Under the pieces are notes generated by a model. The model saw only the letters and a program-made list of their open reading frames with translations, had not been told where the DNA came from and ran no database searches. From the NCBI RefSeq assembly GCF_029227855.1, contig NZ_CP074356.1: a stretch of DNA of 64,000 nt. One strand, written 5' to 3'. Position numbers and translations under genes: made by a program. Positions 45,531 through 57,139 of the stretch are shown here, piece by piece. The DNA comes from Escherichia coli. Its GTDB lineage: Bacteria > Pseudomonadota > Gammaproteobacteria > Enterobacterales > Enterobacteriaceae. The stretch's first letter is position 1, and each line of letters opens with the position of its first letter.

Positions 45531-45988
45531 CAACTCAGGTCCGCAAAAACATCATGGATATGTTTATCGATGGTGCGCGCCGTGGCTTTACTATCGCCAC
45601 GACCAACCTGCTGCCAAACGTGGTGATGGCGTTTGTCATCATTCAGGCGCTGAAAATTACCGGCCTGCTCGACTGGGTGGGGCATATCTGTGAACCCGTA
45701 ATGGCGCTGTGGGGATTACCCGGTGAAGCGGCAACCGTCCTTTTAGCCGCATTAATGAGTATGGGTGGCGCAGTCGGTGTTGCCGCCAGTCTGGCAACCG
45801 CTGGCGCATTAACCGGTCACGATGTCACCGTTTTACTGCCCGCGATGTATTTAATGGGCAACCCGGTGCAAAATGTCGGTCGCTGCCTGGGGACAGCCGA
45901 AGTGAATGCCAAATATTACCCGCATATCATTACGGTCTGCGTGATTAACGCATTGCTGTCGATCTGGGTTATGCAGCTTATTGTTTAA
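45527..45988 (+). CDS. yjiG: Inner-membrane protein YjiG
   Basis: 153 aa MTTQVRKNIMDMFIDGARRGFTIATT. Confidence 0.8.
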   Translation: MTTQVRKNIMDMFIDGARRGFTIATTNLLPNVVMAFVIIQALKITGLLDWVGHICEPVMALWGLPGEAATVLLAALMSMGGAVGVAASLATAGALTGHDVTVLLPAMYLMGNPVQNVGRCLGTAEVNAKYYPHIITVCVINALLSIWVMQLIV

Positions 45989-46000
45989 CAAGGAGTTACC

Positions 46001-47173
46001 ATGATTGATTATACCGCAGCCGGTTTTACCCTGCTGCAGGGAGCGCATTTGTATGCGCCGGAAGATCGGGGAATTTGCGATGTCCTCGTCGCTAACGGCA
46101 AAATTATCGCCGTTGCCAGTAATATCCCTTCTGACATTGTACCGGACTGCACGGTTGTCGATCTCAGCGGGCAGATCCTCTGCCCAGGTTTTATTGATCA
46201 ACACGTCCATTTGATTGGCGGTGGCGGCGAAGCAGGTCCCACGACGCGCACGCCGGAAGTGGCGTTAAGTCGTCTGACGGAAGCAGGCGTCACGTCAGTG
46301 GTTGGTCTGCTGGGCACCGACTCTATCTCTCGCCACCCGGAATCCCTGCTCGCCAAGACCCGTGCGCTCAATGAAGAAGGCATCAGCGCCTGGATGCTGA
46401 CCGGCGCTTATCATGTCCCTTCCCGCACTATTACGGGTTCCGTGGAAAAAGACGTGGCGATTATCGATCGCGTGATTGGCGTGAAATGCGCCATCTCTGA
46501 TCACCGTTCTGCCGCACCGGACGTTTATCACCTGGCTAATATGGCGGCGGAATCCCGCGTTGGCGGTTTGCTCGGCGGTAAACCTGGCGTCACCGTGTTC
46601 CACATGGGCGACAGCAAAAAGGCGTTACAGCCTGTCTATGACCTGCTGGAAAACTGCGATGTGCCGATTAGCAAGTTGCTGCCGACCCACGTTAACCGCA
46701 ACGTTCCGTTGTTTGAGCAGGCGCTGGAGTTCGCGCGCAAAGGCGGCACCATCGATATCACCAGCAGCATTGACGAACCAGTCGCCCCTGCCGAAGGTAT
46801 TGCCCGCGCCGTTCAGGCGGGTATTCCGCTGGCACGCGTCACCCTCAGCTCCGACGGCAACGGTAGCCAGCCGTTCTTCGATGACGAAGGGAATTTAACC
46901 CATATCGGTGTTGCCGGTTTTGAAACGTTGCTGGAAACCGTGCAGGTGCTGGTCAAAGATTATGATTTCAGTATCAGCGATGCCCTGCGCCCGCTCACCA
47001 GTAGCGTAGCCGGTTTCCTTAACCTGAGCGGGAAAGGCGAAATTCTGCCAGGCAATGACGCAGACTTACTGGTCATGACGCCAGAATTACGCATTGAGCA
47101 GGTATACGCTCGCGGCAAGCTGATGGTCAAAGACGGCAAAGCCTGCGTGAAAGGAACGTTTGAAACGGCATAA
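46001..47173 (+). CDS. iadA: Isoaspartyl dipeptidase (amidohydrolase superfamily)
   Basis: 390 aa with metal-binding HVHLIGGGGE motif. Confidence 0.9.
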   Translation: MIDYTAAGFTLLQGAHLYAPEDRGICDVLVANGKIIAVASNIPSDIVPDCTVVDLSGQILCPGFIDQHVHLIGGGGEAGPTTRTPEVALSRLTEAGVTSVVGLLGTDSISRHPESLLAKTRALNEEGISAWMLTGAYHVPSRTITGSVEKDVAIIDRVIGVKCAISDHRSAAPDVYHLANMAAESRVGGLLGGKPGVTVFHMGDSKKALQPVYDLLENCDVPISKLLPTHVNRNVPLFEQALEFARKGGTIDITSSIDEPVAPAEGIARAVQAGIPLARVTLSSDGNGSQPFFDDEGNLTHIGVAGFETLLETVQVLVKDYDFSISDALRPLTSSVAGFLNLSGKGEILPGNDADLLVMTPELRIEQVYARGKLMVKDGKACVKGTFETA

Positions 47174-47237
47174 ACGGTTGTCAGCCGCCCGAATGGACGT
47201 AGAATGCCCGCAAGGGCGGCTGACAGAGTAAAACGTA

Positions 47238-48149
47238 ATGGATGACTGTGGTGCGGTTTTGCATAATATTGAAACTAAATGGCTTTATGATTTTCTGACC
47301 CTGGAAAAATGCCGCAATTTTTCCCAGGCAGCAGTCAGTCGCAACGTCTCGCAACCGGCATTCAGCCGCCGCATCCGTGCGCTGGAACAGGCGATTGGCG
47401 TTGAATTGTTTAACCGCCAGGTGACGCCGCTGCAACTCTCGGAACAAGGTAAAATATTCCATTCGCAGATCCGCCATCTGTTGCAACAGTTAGAGAGCAA
47501 CCTTGCAGAACTCCGTGGTGGCAGCGATTACGCGCAACGCAAAATTAAAATAGCCGCTGCACACTCTCTTTCCCTCGGGCTGTTACCGTCCATTATCAGC
47601 CAGATGCCGCCGCTCTTTACCTGGGCAATTGAAGCTATTGATGTCGATGAAGCGGTCGATAAACTGCGTGAAGGGCAAAGTGACTGTATTTTTTCCTTTC
47701 ACGACGAAGATTTGCTGGAAGCGCCGTTTGACCACATTCGCTTATTTGAATCTCAATTGTTCCCCGTTTGCGCCAGTGACGAACACGGAGAAGCACTTTT
47801 TAACCTCGCGCAGCCACACTTTCCGTTACTGAATTACAGCCGCAACTCCTACATGGGGCGATTGATTAATCGCACCCTGACGCGCCACAGTGAGTTAAGT
47901 TTCAGCACCTTTTTTGTCTCTTCGATGAGCGAGCTTTTAAAGCAGGTTGCCCTCGACGGCTGTGGGATTGCCTGGCTACCGGAATACGCCATCCAACAAG
48001 AAATTCGCAGCGGGCAGCTCGTTGTACTGAATCGGGACGAACTGGTGATCCCGATTCAGGCCTATGCATACCGGATGAATACCCGCATGAATCCAGTTGC
48101 CGAACGCTTCTGGCGTGAACTGCGCGAGCTGGAGATTGTGCTTAGCTGA
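47238..48149 (+). CDS. hypT: LysR-family hypochlorite-responsive regulator HypT (YjiE)
   Basis: 303 aa with N-terminal LysR HTH. Confidence 0.85.
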   Translation: MDDCGAVLHNIETKWLYDFLTLEKCRNFSQAAVSRNVSQPAFSRRIRALEQAIGVELFNRQVTPLQLSEQGKIFHSQIRHLLQQLESNLAELRGGSDYAQRKIKIAAAHSLSLGLLPSIISQMPPLFTWAIEAIDVDEAVDKLREGQSDCIFSFHDEDLLEAPFDHIRLFESQLFPVCASDEHGEALFNLAQPHFPLLNYSRNSYMGRLINRTLTRHSELSFSTFFVSSMSELLKQVALDGCGIAWLPEYAIQQEIRSGQLVVLNRDELVIPIQAYAYRMNTRMNPVAERFWRELRELEIVLS

Positions 48150-48534
48150 CATTCTCCAGCGTCGCACTGCGCCAACCGCCATTATCCCAGACCAGATCAA
48201 ACGTTAGCGATTCATCGTCGTGATACAGCATTATCTCAAGGCTGATCGCCAGAGTGTGGCAGTACGCTTCTTTCAAATTAACCTGCAACGCCGCAATCCG
48301 TGGCTCATGAAATAACAGTGCAGAACGCAGCTGACGGCAATACCAGCTCTGGAGATGTTTGTCGCTCGGGTTATGCACTTGCCACTCGGGCATGCCTGAA
48401 ACAAGTAATGACGGTAATGCCGAATGAGGAGAATTAAAAAGAGTGAGGAGATCGCTGCATACTGATTTACGCAGCGGTGACGTTTTATTGCCTGAAATTT
48501 CAGGTAAAACAGCCTGAAGTGATTGGCGCATCAT
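48142..48534 (-). CDS. iraD: Anti-adaptor protein IraD (stabilises RpoS)
   Basis: ORF 48142..48543; the 130-aa form starts [25 protein letters not shown]. Confidence 0.8.
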   Translation of the reverse strand: MMRQSLQAVLPEISGNKTSPLRKSVCSDLLTLFNSPHSALPSLLVSGMPEWQVHNPSDKHLQSWYCRQLRSALLFHEPRIAALQVNLKEAYCHTLAISLEIMLYHDDESLTFDLVWDNGGWRSATLENVS

Positions 48535-49316
48535 TTTGCGCACTCCTGACGTTTAGCAACATATGCGGCTTGCCCTGAACACCGGGCACCACTGTATTGA
48601 TGCTCATTTTCCATAGCCATTCCCTTTTGTTCATTACATCCATGTCAGTCTGAGACAGGCCTGAATCCTGTCAGCAAAGTATAAAACCTTACTTGCCTAT
48701 GAATATCTACTGACTTTTCAGGAAAAAAGTCATGATTTGATAAAAATCATCAAACTCAAAAAAAAACCGCTAGTATATTCTGAATATTCCGAATAGTTAC
48801 GTAGATGAAAATACTTGTCACCACCGCTACTTAATTCCGGTGGGAAATTATTTATTTCCGCATAATCAGCTATGTATTATTTAAAACAATTAGTTTGTAA
48901 ATAATATAAATTGATAACATATCAAATACATCAAAAATACCATTCACAGGCATTATTAATATAGACATCAATATAGCAACATCAAATTCCAATTAGTAAT
49001 AAGATATGCTTTTAAATTGCATGCAAATAATTTTAAATGAGCGTTTTTTGATACTTTAGAGTGTTTCCCACCATTTAATATCACTGTGTAGAGTTGATAT
49101 CACTACAACAGAAACATGCATGTCATTTGTTTACTTCTCTTTTTACTACAGAAAAATTTATCTATTTTTCTAAGCATCAGTGAAATACTCATAAAGGTAA
49201 CTATTATGTCTATGCCATTAAGCAATGCCCTTCAGAGTTAAATTATTACAGATAATCACTTCCTTCATCATCCAAAAGTCGACAGTGAGTTAACACGTAA
49301 ACATGAACGTGCACGC

Positions 49317-49895
49317 ATGGATACGGAAAATATCTATCTTCCGCCTCTTGCTCGTGGCAATAACCATAATTACGATGGAAAAAGCGTTGTCGAAATTAGA
49401 AAACTTGATATTAGTAAAGAGTCCTGGCCATTTAATTATGTGACAGAAACATGCAGAGAATTCAATGGTATTACAACAACAGGACGTATGCTCTATCGAA
49501 ACTTGAAAATCACCTCAGCTTTAGACGAAATATATGGTGGTATATGTAAAAAGGCGCATGCTGCCACAGAGTTAGCAAAAGGATTACGGCTAAATTTATT
49601 TATGAAAGGCCCTTTCGATCCTGTTGAGGACTATACAGTTCATGAAATAACATTAGGCCCTGGTTGCAATGTTCCTGGTTATGCCGGAACCACGATAGGA
49701 TATATTTCAACCCTTCCAGCTTCTCAGGCAAAAAGATGGACCAATGAGCAGCCAAGGATTGATATCTATATTGATCAGATAATGACGGTAACAGGGGTAG
49801 CAAATTCTTCCGGATTCGCCCTTGCCGCATTACTTAATGCTAATATTGAGTTGGGTAATGACCCAATAATTGGTATAGAAGCCTATCCCGGGTGA
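49317..49895 (+). CDS. Hypothetical protein in the AT-rich iraD-uxuR interval (the position yjiC occupies in K-12)
   Basis: 192-aa ORF, ATG start with in-frame stop 75 nt upstream; preceded by about 770 nt of very AT-rich DNA; identity not recognised. Confidence 0.45.
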   Translation: MDTENIYLPPLARGNNHNYDGKSVVEIRKLDISKESWPFNYVTETCREFNGITTTGRMLYRNLKITSALDEIYGGICKKAHAATELAKGLRLNLFMKGPFDPVEDYTVHEITLGPGCNVPGYAGTTIGYISTLPASQAKRWTNEQPRIDIYIDQIMTVTGVANSSGFALAALLNANIELGNDPIIGIEAYPG

Positions 49896-50092
49896 TGAAA
49901 ATGCACCACTCAAACGTATGACTCTGCAACCGTCATCTCTTCCAGAACTGTTTGAATTAAAAAATGGTGAATGGAATTATATTGGTAAATAACTACCAGG
50001 AAGAATGAGTACTAACATTCAGGTTATACAGATAGCTAAACAATCCCCTGCAATTTACAAAGTAATACTCATTGCGACTTCTTAATTTAAGA

Positions 50093-50121
50093 AAGCGCAA
50101 GGAACGTTTACCCTTGCGCTT
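50093..50121 (-). terminator. Hairpin downstream of uxuR
   Basis: aagcgcaagg aacgtttac ccttgcgctt inverted repeat just past the uxuR stop. Confidence 0.4.
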
Positions 50122-50132
50122 ATTATAATAAG

Positions 50133-50906
50133 TCAGGCGTCGCCTTTATCCAGCGGCCATGAATCAAACAGATAGCCATCAAAATAAATATCGTCAACGT
50201 TCGAGAATTCCAGCAGACGTTGCTTAACGTTTTCCAGATGCTGCCACATTGCCAGCTTCGCCGCTCGGGCATCTTTTTTGATTAACGCGGCGAGGATCTG
50301 TTTGTGATCGCCCAACCACTCTTTGCGATACAGGCTGTCATCCAGATGGCTGTGCAACTGGATCCACATTGGATTGTTTTCCCGCCACTGCCAGGACTGA
50401 CGGAACAGCTCCACCAGCATGCTGTTATGCGTTGCTTCGGCAATAGCGAGATGGAACTGCATGTCACCGCTTTCGCTGCTGCCCGGCGCACTGGAAGCCA
50501 GTTCACGCTCTTCCAGTTGCAATGCCTGACGCATTTTGACGATATCTTCGCGGGTAGCCTGCAGGGCGGCAAACTCGGCGATGTTGCTCTCAAGAAGCTG
50601 TCGCGCCTGCAACAGCTCAAAAGGACCCGCATCATTGCAAACGTTGGCATCCGGACTGTCTGTGTTGTGGCTGCCTGAGCTATCAAGAACATAGATACCG
50701 GCACCCCGGCGCACTTCCACCAGCCCTTTGATCTCCAGCATGATCAGCGCTTCACGTACCACCGTCCGCGTGACATCAAGCATTTCTGCAATTTCACGCT
50801 CCGGCGGCAACCGTTCGCCAGGATTGTACGGCGTCTTTATGATCAGATCGCGGATCATCGCCCCGACTTCCTGGTAAGGTCTTTGCGCAGAGGTGGCAGA
50901 TTTCAT
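50133..50906 (-). CDS. uxuR: GntR/FadR-family repressor UxuR
   Basis: 257 aa MKSATSAQRPYQEVGAMIRDLIIKTPYNPGERLPPEREIAEMLDVTRTVVREAL. Confidence 0.9.
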   Translation of the reverse strand: MKSATSAQRPYQEVGAMIRDLIIKTPYNPGERLPPEREIAEMLDVTRTVVREALIMLEIKGLVEVRRGAGIYVLDSSGSHNTDSPDANVCNDAGPFELLQARQLLESNIAEFAALQATREDIVKMRQALQLEERELASSAPGSSESGDMQFHLAIAEATHNSMLVELFRQSWQWRENNPMWIQLHSHLDDSLYRKEWLGDHKQILAALIKKDARAAKLAMWQHLENVKQRLLEFSNVDDIYFDGYLFDSWPLDKGDA

Positions 50907-50939
50907 GGTGTTGTGTCCGTTAGGTGCGGTTAATCAAAT

Positions 50940-50985
50940 TTTTGCCGGATGCGGCGTGAACGCCTTATCCGGCCTACAACGGGCA
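50940..50985. repeat. REP element
   Basis: gccggatgcggcgtgaacgccttatccggcctacaa. Confidence 0.6.
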
Positions 50986-51120
50986 ATTTTACGGCACCCG
51001 TTAATCTCAAACTATACCATTAGCACTGGAAGTTGGCACGTACAGGTGGGCAAAAAAACGAAAACTGGTCAACCAAATATCAGTTTGATTGACCAGTAAG
51101 TCTGTAGGGTAATCAGTTAG

Positions 51121-52581
51121 TTACAGCGCAGCCACACACTCGCGCGCACCGCGTTCGCACAGCTGCTGATATGCCGCCGTCACCGCGCCAACAAAGTCGG
51201 CATTCTGCGGCAGATCATCGGCAAAAATACCGCTCAGGCCCAGCAGCGCTTTCACGCGGTCTGCGCCCTGATACTGCGCGTTAATCTTCTGGAACTCGGC
51301 CAGCATCGGGTCGACCACGTCAATGGCATTACCCTGCTCATCCACGCCCTGGGTGTAACGCATCCAGCCAGCCACGCCCAGCGCCAGGTGACGCCAGCTG
51401 CCGCCGTTTTGCAGGTGCAGACGCACCGGATCCAGCAGACGCTGCGGTAACTTCTGGCTGCCGTCCATCGCAATCTGCCAGGTACGGTGACGCAGAGACG
51501 GGTTGCTGAAACGCTCGATCAGCAGCGTCGCATAGGCGTTCAGGTCCGTACCTTCCGGCATCGACAGCGTTGGCGCTTGTTCCTGCATCATCAGGGCAAA
51601 GGCCGCTTTGCGATAATCCGGGTTAGTCATGGTGTCGGCAATAGTTTCATAGCCGCCGAGGTAACCGAGGTATGCCAGGAAAGAGTGGCTGCCGTTCAGC
51701 ATACGCAGCTTCATCATTTCGAACGGCACAACGTCTGCAACGAACTGTGCGCCCACTTTATCCCAGTCCGGACGACCATTAACGAAGTTATCTTCAATCA
51801 CCCACTGACGGAACGGTTCGCAGGCAATGGCGCACGGGTCATAAACACCCAGCTGGTCAGCAATTTCCTGTAAGGTTTCTGGCGTCGCCGCCGGAACGAT
51901 GCGGTCAACCATGGTGCACGGGAAGGTGACGTTCTCTTCAATCCATGCCGCCAGCTGCGGGTCACGCGCCTGAGCCAGCCCCAGTACCGCGACCTTCGCC
52001 ACATGACCGTTTTCACGCACGTTATCGCAGGACATCACCGTAAACGCTTTCAGCCCTTTTTCACGACGCAGACGCAGGGCTTCGACGATGTAACCAATCG
52101 CAGACTTCGGCGCAGTCGGGTTTTCCAGATCGTGCTTGATCAGCGGGTTATTGAGATCCAACTGACCGCTTGCCGCATCAGCGCAGTAGCCTTTTTCCGT
52201 GACCGTCAGAGAGACAATCGCCGTCTGCGGACGCGCCATCGCGTTGAGAATACCTTCGCAGCCGTCGATTTCCGGATGCAGCGCTTCTTTCATCGAACCG
52301 ATAATTTTCAGTTCGGTGCTTTCCGCGCCTTTTTCCGCCACGGTGTACAGCAGTTGCTGTTTTTTCAGGTTTTCAATCAGCACACGGTCGTTACCTGGCA
52401 TCAGGTTAACTTCGCAGATACCCCAGTCGCTGTCGGTACTTTCCAGCAGATGATGGGTATACAGCGCCTGGTGCGCGCGGTGAAACGCCCCGCAACCGAG
52501 ATGCACAATGCGTGATTCCAGACGAGAATGCACCCATGACGGGCGGGCAACCGGCAGATTGCTGTCAACAATAGTAGTCAT
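51121..52581 (-). CDS. uxuB: D-mannonate oxidoreductase
   Basis: 486 aa MTTIVDSNLPVARPSWVHSRLESRIVHLGCGAFHRAHQA. Confidence 0.9.
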   Translation of the reverse strand: MTTIVDSNLPVARPSWVHSRLESRIVHLGCGAFHRAHQALYTHHLLESTDSDWGICEVNLMPGNDRVLIENLKKQQLLYTVAEKGAESTELKIIGSMKEALHPEIDGCEGILNAMARPQTAIVSLTVTEKGYCADAASGQLDLNNPLIKHDLENPTAPKSAIGYIVEALRLRREKGLKAFTVMSCDNVRENGHVAKVAVLGLAQARDPQLAAWIEENVTFPCTMVDRIVPAATPETLQEIADQLGVYDPCAIACEPFRQWVIEDNFVNGRPDWDKVGAQFVADVVPFEMMKLRMLNGSHSFLAYLGYLGGYETIADTMTNPDYRKAAFALMMQEQAPTLSMPEGTDLNAYATLLIERFSNPSLRHRTWQIAMDGSQKLPQRLLDPVRLHLQNGGSWRHLALGVAGWMRYTQGVDEQGNAIDVVDPMLAEFQKINAQYQGADRVKALLGLSGIFADDLPQNADFVGAVTAAYQQLCERGARECVAAL

Positions 52582-52661
52582 CGTAAACTCCAGAATCCGT
52601 CTTCAGAGAGTGACGGCAAGGAAGAAGGAACCGGCACGGCGCGCAGCCATGCCGGTGGATA

Positions 52662-53846
52662 TTAACGGCTAAAGAAAGCGCGCTGGATCGCCAGTTCGAC
52701 ACCGCGAACTTCGGCCAGGCCTTTCAGACGACCAATTGCGGAGTAACCTGGGTTAGTTTTCTTCTTCAGGTCGTCCAGCATCTGATGACCGTGGTCCGGA
52801 CGCATCGGGATCAGGTCTTCTTTGCCTTCCGCTTTACGACGGTGTTCTTCTTCAACAATCGCTTTCACCACTTCGTACATATCAACGTCACCGTTCAGGT
52901 GCGCCGCTTCGTGGAAGGTTTTCGGGTTATCTTCACGCATGGTGGAGCGCAGATGGGTGAAGTAAATACGCGGACCGAACTGCTTGATCATATCAACCAG
53001 ATCGTTGTCAGCACGCACGCCGTAGGAACCGGTGCACATGGTGAAACCGTTCGCCATGCTATTTACGGTATCAACCATCCACTGCATATCTTCAATGGTA
53101 GAAACAATGCGCGGCAGGCCGAGGATTGGGCGCGGCGGATCGTCCGGGTGAACAGCCATACGCACGCCAACTTCTTCGGCAACCGGAATAATCGCCTTCA
53201 GGAAGACGGCAAAGTTTTCGCGCAGTTTGGCTTTGTCGATATCTTTGTACAGCTCCAGGTGCTTACGGAACTGGTCGAGGGTGTACCCTTCTTCCGCGCC
53301 CGGCAGACCGGCAATGATGTTACGGGTCAGACGCGCTTTGTCTTCGTCGCTCATAGTGGCGAAGCGTTCAGCTGCCTGAGCAATTTCTTCTTCGGTGTAA
53401 TCCGCTTCCGCACCTGGGCGTTTCAGGATATGCATTTCGAATGCAGCGAATTCGATCTGGTCGAAGCGCAGAGCTTTGGAGCCGTCTGGCAGCACGTATT
53501 CGAGGTCAGTACGGGTCCAGTCGAGCACCGGCATGAAGTTGTAGCACACGGTGCGAATACCGCACTGCGCCAGGTTGCGCAGAGTCTGCTGATAGTTAGC
53601 GATCCACTGCTCATAGTTGCCAGTGTGGGTTTTGATATCTTCGTGAATTGGCACGCTTTCTACGACAGACCACACCAGGCCTGCATCTTCAACGATAGCC
53701 TTGCGTTTGAGGATCTCTTCTACGGACCATACTTCACCGTTCGGGATATGGTGCAAAGCGGTAACCACGCCAGTCGCGCCCGCCTGACGGACATCAGCTA
53801 AAGAAACCGGATCGTTTGGGCCGTACCAGCGCCAGGTCTGTTCCAT
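52662..53846 (-). CDS. uxuA: D-mannonate dehydratase
   Basis: ORF 52662..53882; the 394-aa form starts [28 protein letters not shown]. Confidence 0.9.
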
Positions 53847-54008
53847 GATTTTTCCTCTTTCACATAGTGGGTTCCACAGCAAAGAGACGCGGAACCCTGG
53901 AGTTGTTTAGGTATCCGGATGAACAACCAGACCGCAGCCGTGGCGTTGCATCGGATGAGATGGCGTATAAGTTCTACCTTTTGGTAAGACATGTCAACCC
54001 GAATTCTG

Positions 54009-54025
54009 AAATTGGTTAACCACAT
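54009..54025. promoter_or_regulatory. Candidate UxuR/ExuR operator in the uxuA-gntP divergent region
   Basis: aaattggttaaccacat, close to the palindromic AAATTGGTATACCAATTT-type operator. Confidence 0.45.
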
Positions 54026-54185
54026 CACAAGAATTTCACTCTCCTGGTTGTTGCTGCAAATTGCAGCAAAAGGTAATCGATGGTTATTGATCAGAGGATG
54101 TGACATTCATCGCAACAATGGTTGACCAATTTACATAACATATCGCCCAAAATAACAACGGTTCAACCAGGTAAGGTAAAACGTT

Positions 54186-55529
54186 ATGCATGTGCTTAAC
54201 ATTCTCTGGGTGGTATTCGGCATTGGTCTGATGCTGGTACTGAATTTGAAGTTCAAAATCAATTCAATGGTGGCCTTGTTGGTGGCGGCGCTGTCCGTCG
54301 GGATGCTGGCGGGCATGGATTTGATGTCGCTGCTGCACACCATGAAAGCGGGCTTCGGCAACACGCTGGGGGAACTGGCTATCATCGTGGTGTTCGGTGC
54401 GGTCATCGGTAAATTGATGGTCGACTCCGGCGCGGCTCACCAGATAGCGCATACGCTGCTGGCACGTCTCGGTCTGCGTTATGTACAGCTGTCGGTGATT
54501 ATCATCGGCCTGATTTTCGGTCTGGCGATGTTCTATGAAGTGGCCTTTATCATGTTAGCACCGCTGGTTATTGTTATTGCCGCCGAAGCTAAAATTCCGT
54601 TCCTGAAACTGGCGATCCCGGCAGTAGCAGCTGCCACTACCGCACATTCACTGTTCCCACCGCAGCCGGGTCCGGTGGCGCTGGTGAATGCTTATGGCGC
54701 GGATATGGGGATGGTTTATATCTATGGCGTACTGGTGACGATCCCAAGTGTCATCTGCGCAGGTCTGATCCTGCCGAAGTTCCTCGGCAATCTTGAGCGC
54801 CCAACGCCATCATTCCTGAAAGCAGATCAACCGGTAGATATGAATAATCTGCCCTCTTTCGGCGTTTCGATTCTGGTGCCGTTGATCCCGGCGATCATTA
54901 TGATCTCTACCACCATCGCCAATATCTGGCTGGTAAAAGATACCCCTGCGTGGGAAGTGGTTAACTTTATCGGTTCCTCGCCGATTGCAATGTTTATTGC
55001 GATGGTGGTTGCATTCGTACTCTTTGGCACCGCGCGCGGGCACGATATGCAGTGGGTAATGAACGCTTTTGAAAGCGCGGTGAAAAGCATTGCAATGGTG
55101 ATTCTGATCATCGGTGCAGGTGGCGTGCTGAAGCAGACCATCATCGACACCGGCATCGGCGACACCATCGGCATGCTGATGTCCCACGGCAATATCTCGC
55201 CCTACATCATGGCATGGCTGATCACCGTACTGATTCGTCTGGCGACGGGTCAGGGTGTGGTTTCAGCGATGACCGCCGCCGGGATTATCAGTGCAGCAAT
55301 CCTTGATCCAGCAACTGGTCAGCTGGTTGGCGTGAATCCGGCGCTGCTGGTACTGGCGACGGCTGCGGGTTCCAACACCCTCACCCACATTAACGATGCC
55401 TCATTCTGGTTGTTCAAAGGTTACTTTGACCTGTCAGTAAAAGACACGTTGAAAACCTGGGGTCTGCTGGAGCTGGTCAACTCCGTGGTTGGGCTGATTA
55501 TTGTGCTGATTATTAGCATGGTAGCGTAA
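54186..55529 (+). CDS. gntP: GntP-family fructuronate/gluconate transporter
   Basis: 447 aa [32 protein letters not shown]. Confidence 0.9.
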
Positions 55530-55539
55530 AAGAGCACCT

Positions 55540-55568
55540 GAGCCTGCCATTGGCAGGCTCTGTTCGGA
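55540..55568 (+). terminator. Terminator hairpin between convergent gntP and fimH
   Basis: gagcctgccattggcaggctc inverted repeat followed by tgttcgg. Confidence 0.55.
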
Positions 55569-55701
55569 TTGTCGGTAAAGTGCGCTTTGTTTATGCCAGA
55601 TGCGACGCTGACGCGTCTTATCTGGCCTACAAAGGGCTAACGTGCAGGTTTTAGCTTCAGGTAATATTGCGTACCTGCATTAGCAATGCCCTGTGATTTC
55701 T

Positions 55702-56604
55702 TTATTGATAAACAAAAGTCACGGCAATAATCGATTGCACATTCCCTGCAGTCACCTGCCCTCCGGTACGTGCGTAATTTGCCGTTAATCCCAGACTTAC
55801 CGCCGAAGTCCCTACTGCTCCTAACGATACCGTGTTATTCGCTGGAATAATCGTACCGTTGCGCGTCAACTGTACGCCGACGCCCTGTGCAGGTGAAAAC
55901 GACGCGGTATTGGTGAAAATCGAGTTGCCCGCATCTGCGGTTGTGCCGGAGAGGTAATACCCCAGGTTTTGGCTTTTCGCACAATAAACGGTAAGAGGAA
56001 TCGGCACTGAACCAGGGTAGTCCGGCAGAGTAACGGTGACATCACGAGCAGAAACATCGCAGCCGCCAGTGGGCACCACCACATCATTATTGGCGTAAAT
56101 ATTCCACACAAACTGGAAATCATCGCTGTTATAGTTGTTGGTCTGTCGCAAAATAAGCACGGCAATTAATGAGCCAGCTTTAATCACCACCACGCCCGCA
56201 CTGCTCACAGGCGTCAAATAAAGCGCCACCGGCCACGGCTTATCCGTTCTCGAATTATAAACAACCCGCGGCGTTTCACTGGTGGTCGGAAATGGATAGC
56301 TACTGCCACTATATTTTACGGTCCCGGAAAAATTAGATAACACGCCGCCATAAGCCGAGCCTCGTTGCAGTGTGACATAATCTGTAATGGTTTCCGGGTA
56401 ATCGTTATGGCAAAAGATTTGCGTCGAAAGATCCACGACCAGGTTTTGCCCCACATTCACGGCGGGCGCAAGGTTTACATAAACATTGGCGCTGCCACCG
56501 CCAATAGGGATAGCGGTGCCATTGGCGGTTTTACAGGCGAATGACCAGGCATTTACCGACCAGCCCATCAGCAGTACAGCAAACAGGTTAATAACTCGTT
56601 TCAT
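55702..56604 (-). CDS. fimH: Type 1 fimbrial mannose-binding adhesin FimH
   Basis: ORF 55702..56613; MKRVINLFAVLLMGWSVNAWSFACKTANGTAIPIGGGSANVYVNLAP. Confidence 0.95.
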   Translation of the reverse strand: MKRVINLFAVLLMGWSVNAWSFACKTANGTAIPIGGGSANVYVNLAPAVNVGQNLVVDLSTQIFCHNDYPETITDYVTLQRGSAYGGVLSNFSGTVKYSGSSYPFPTTSETPRVVYNSRTDKPWPVALYLTPVSSAGVVVIKAGSLIAVLILRQTNNYNSDDFQFVWNIYANNDVVVPTGGCDVSARDVTVTLPDYPGSVPIPLTVYCAKSQNLGYYLSGTTADAGNSIFTNTASFSPAQGVGVQLTRNGTIIPANNTVSLGAVGTSAVSLGLTANYARTGGQVTAGNVQSIIAVTFVYQ

Positions 56605-56623
56605 TACAATCATCTCTTCGGCT

Positions 56624-57127
56624 TCAGCTGTAGGTATAGGTGATGCTAATCACTGCCTGAATGGTTCCCTGAGTGGCTCCGCCATTTACCGTCAATGCTC
56701 TGACCTGTAACGGGAAGTGCGCTGATTGTGAGGAATCATCCACCTGAACTGTTTTGGTTGCGCCACTATTCAATGTGTTGCCACTGTCATCCTGTAGCTC
56801 TAACTGGATGTTTTGCGCGGTCCCCTGGTTTTTATAATATCCGGTACTGTCGGCTGCCCCGCTGAAGCTGGCAGTGACCCTCGACGTTCCCACCGGACAA
56901 TTAGTCAACTCAAGCGCAACATCATGCCAGGCCGATGCCGCCCCGGCAGACATCAGACTGAAAGAATAAAGATCGCCGAGATCTACCGTGGCATTGGTGG
57001 TGGAAACCGTGCACGGTTTGGCGACGACCTTACCGTTCACCGTGATGGTGACATCGGCTGCCTGTATCGTCGCACTTGCGAGCGCCAATATTGCCGCCAA
57101 TACATACCCACGTTTGCACCATTTCAT
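56624..57127 (-). CDS. fimG: Type 1 fimbrial minor subunit FimG
   Basis: ORF 56624..57133; MKWCKRGYVLAAILALASATIQAADVTITVNGKVVAKPCTVST. Confidence 0.9.
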   Translation of the reverse strand: MKWCKRGYVLAAILALASATIQAADVTITVNGKVVAKPCTVSTTNATVDLGDLYSFSLMSAGAASAWHDVALELTNCPVGTSRVTASFSGAADSTGYYKNQGTAQNIQLELQDDSGNTLNSGATKTVQVDDSSQSAHFPLQVRALTVNGGATQGTIQAVISITYTYS

Positions 57128-57139
57128 GAGCATCTCCAG

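Noticed and set aside
47181-47486. 101-aa minus-strand ORF between iadA and hypT
   Set aside because: Overlaps the hypT 5' region on the opposite strand with no support as a separate gene.
52785-53801. 338-aa ORF on the plus strand
   Set aside because: Antisense to uxuA, which is clearly the real gene on the opposite strand.
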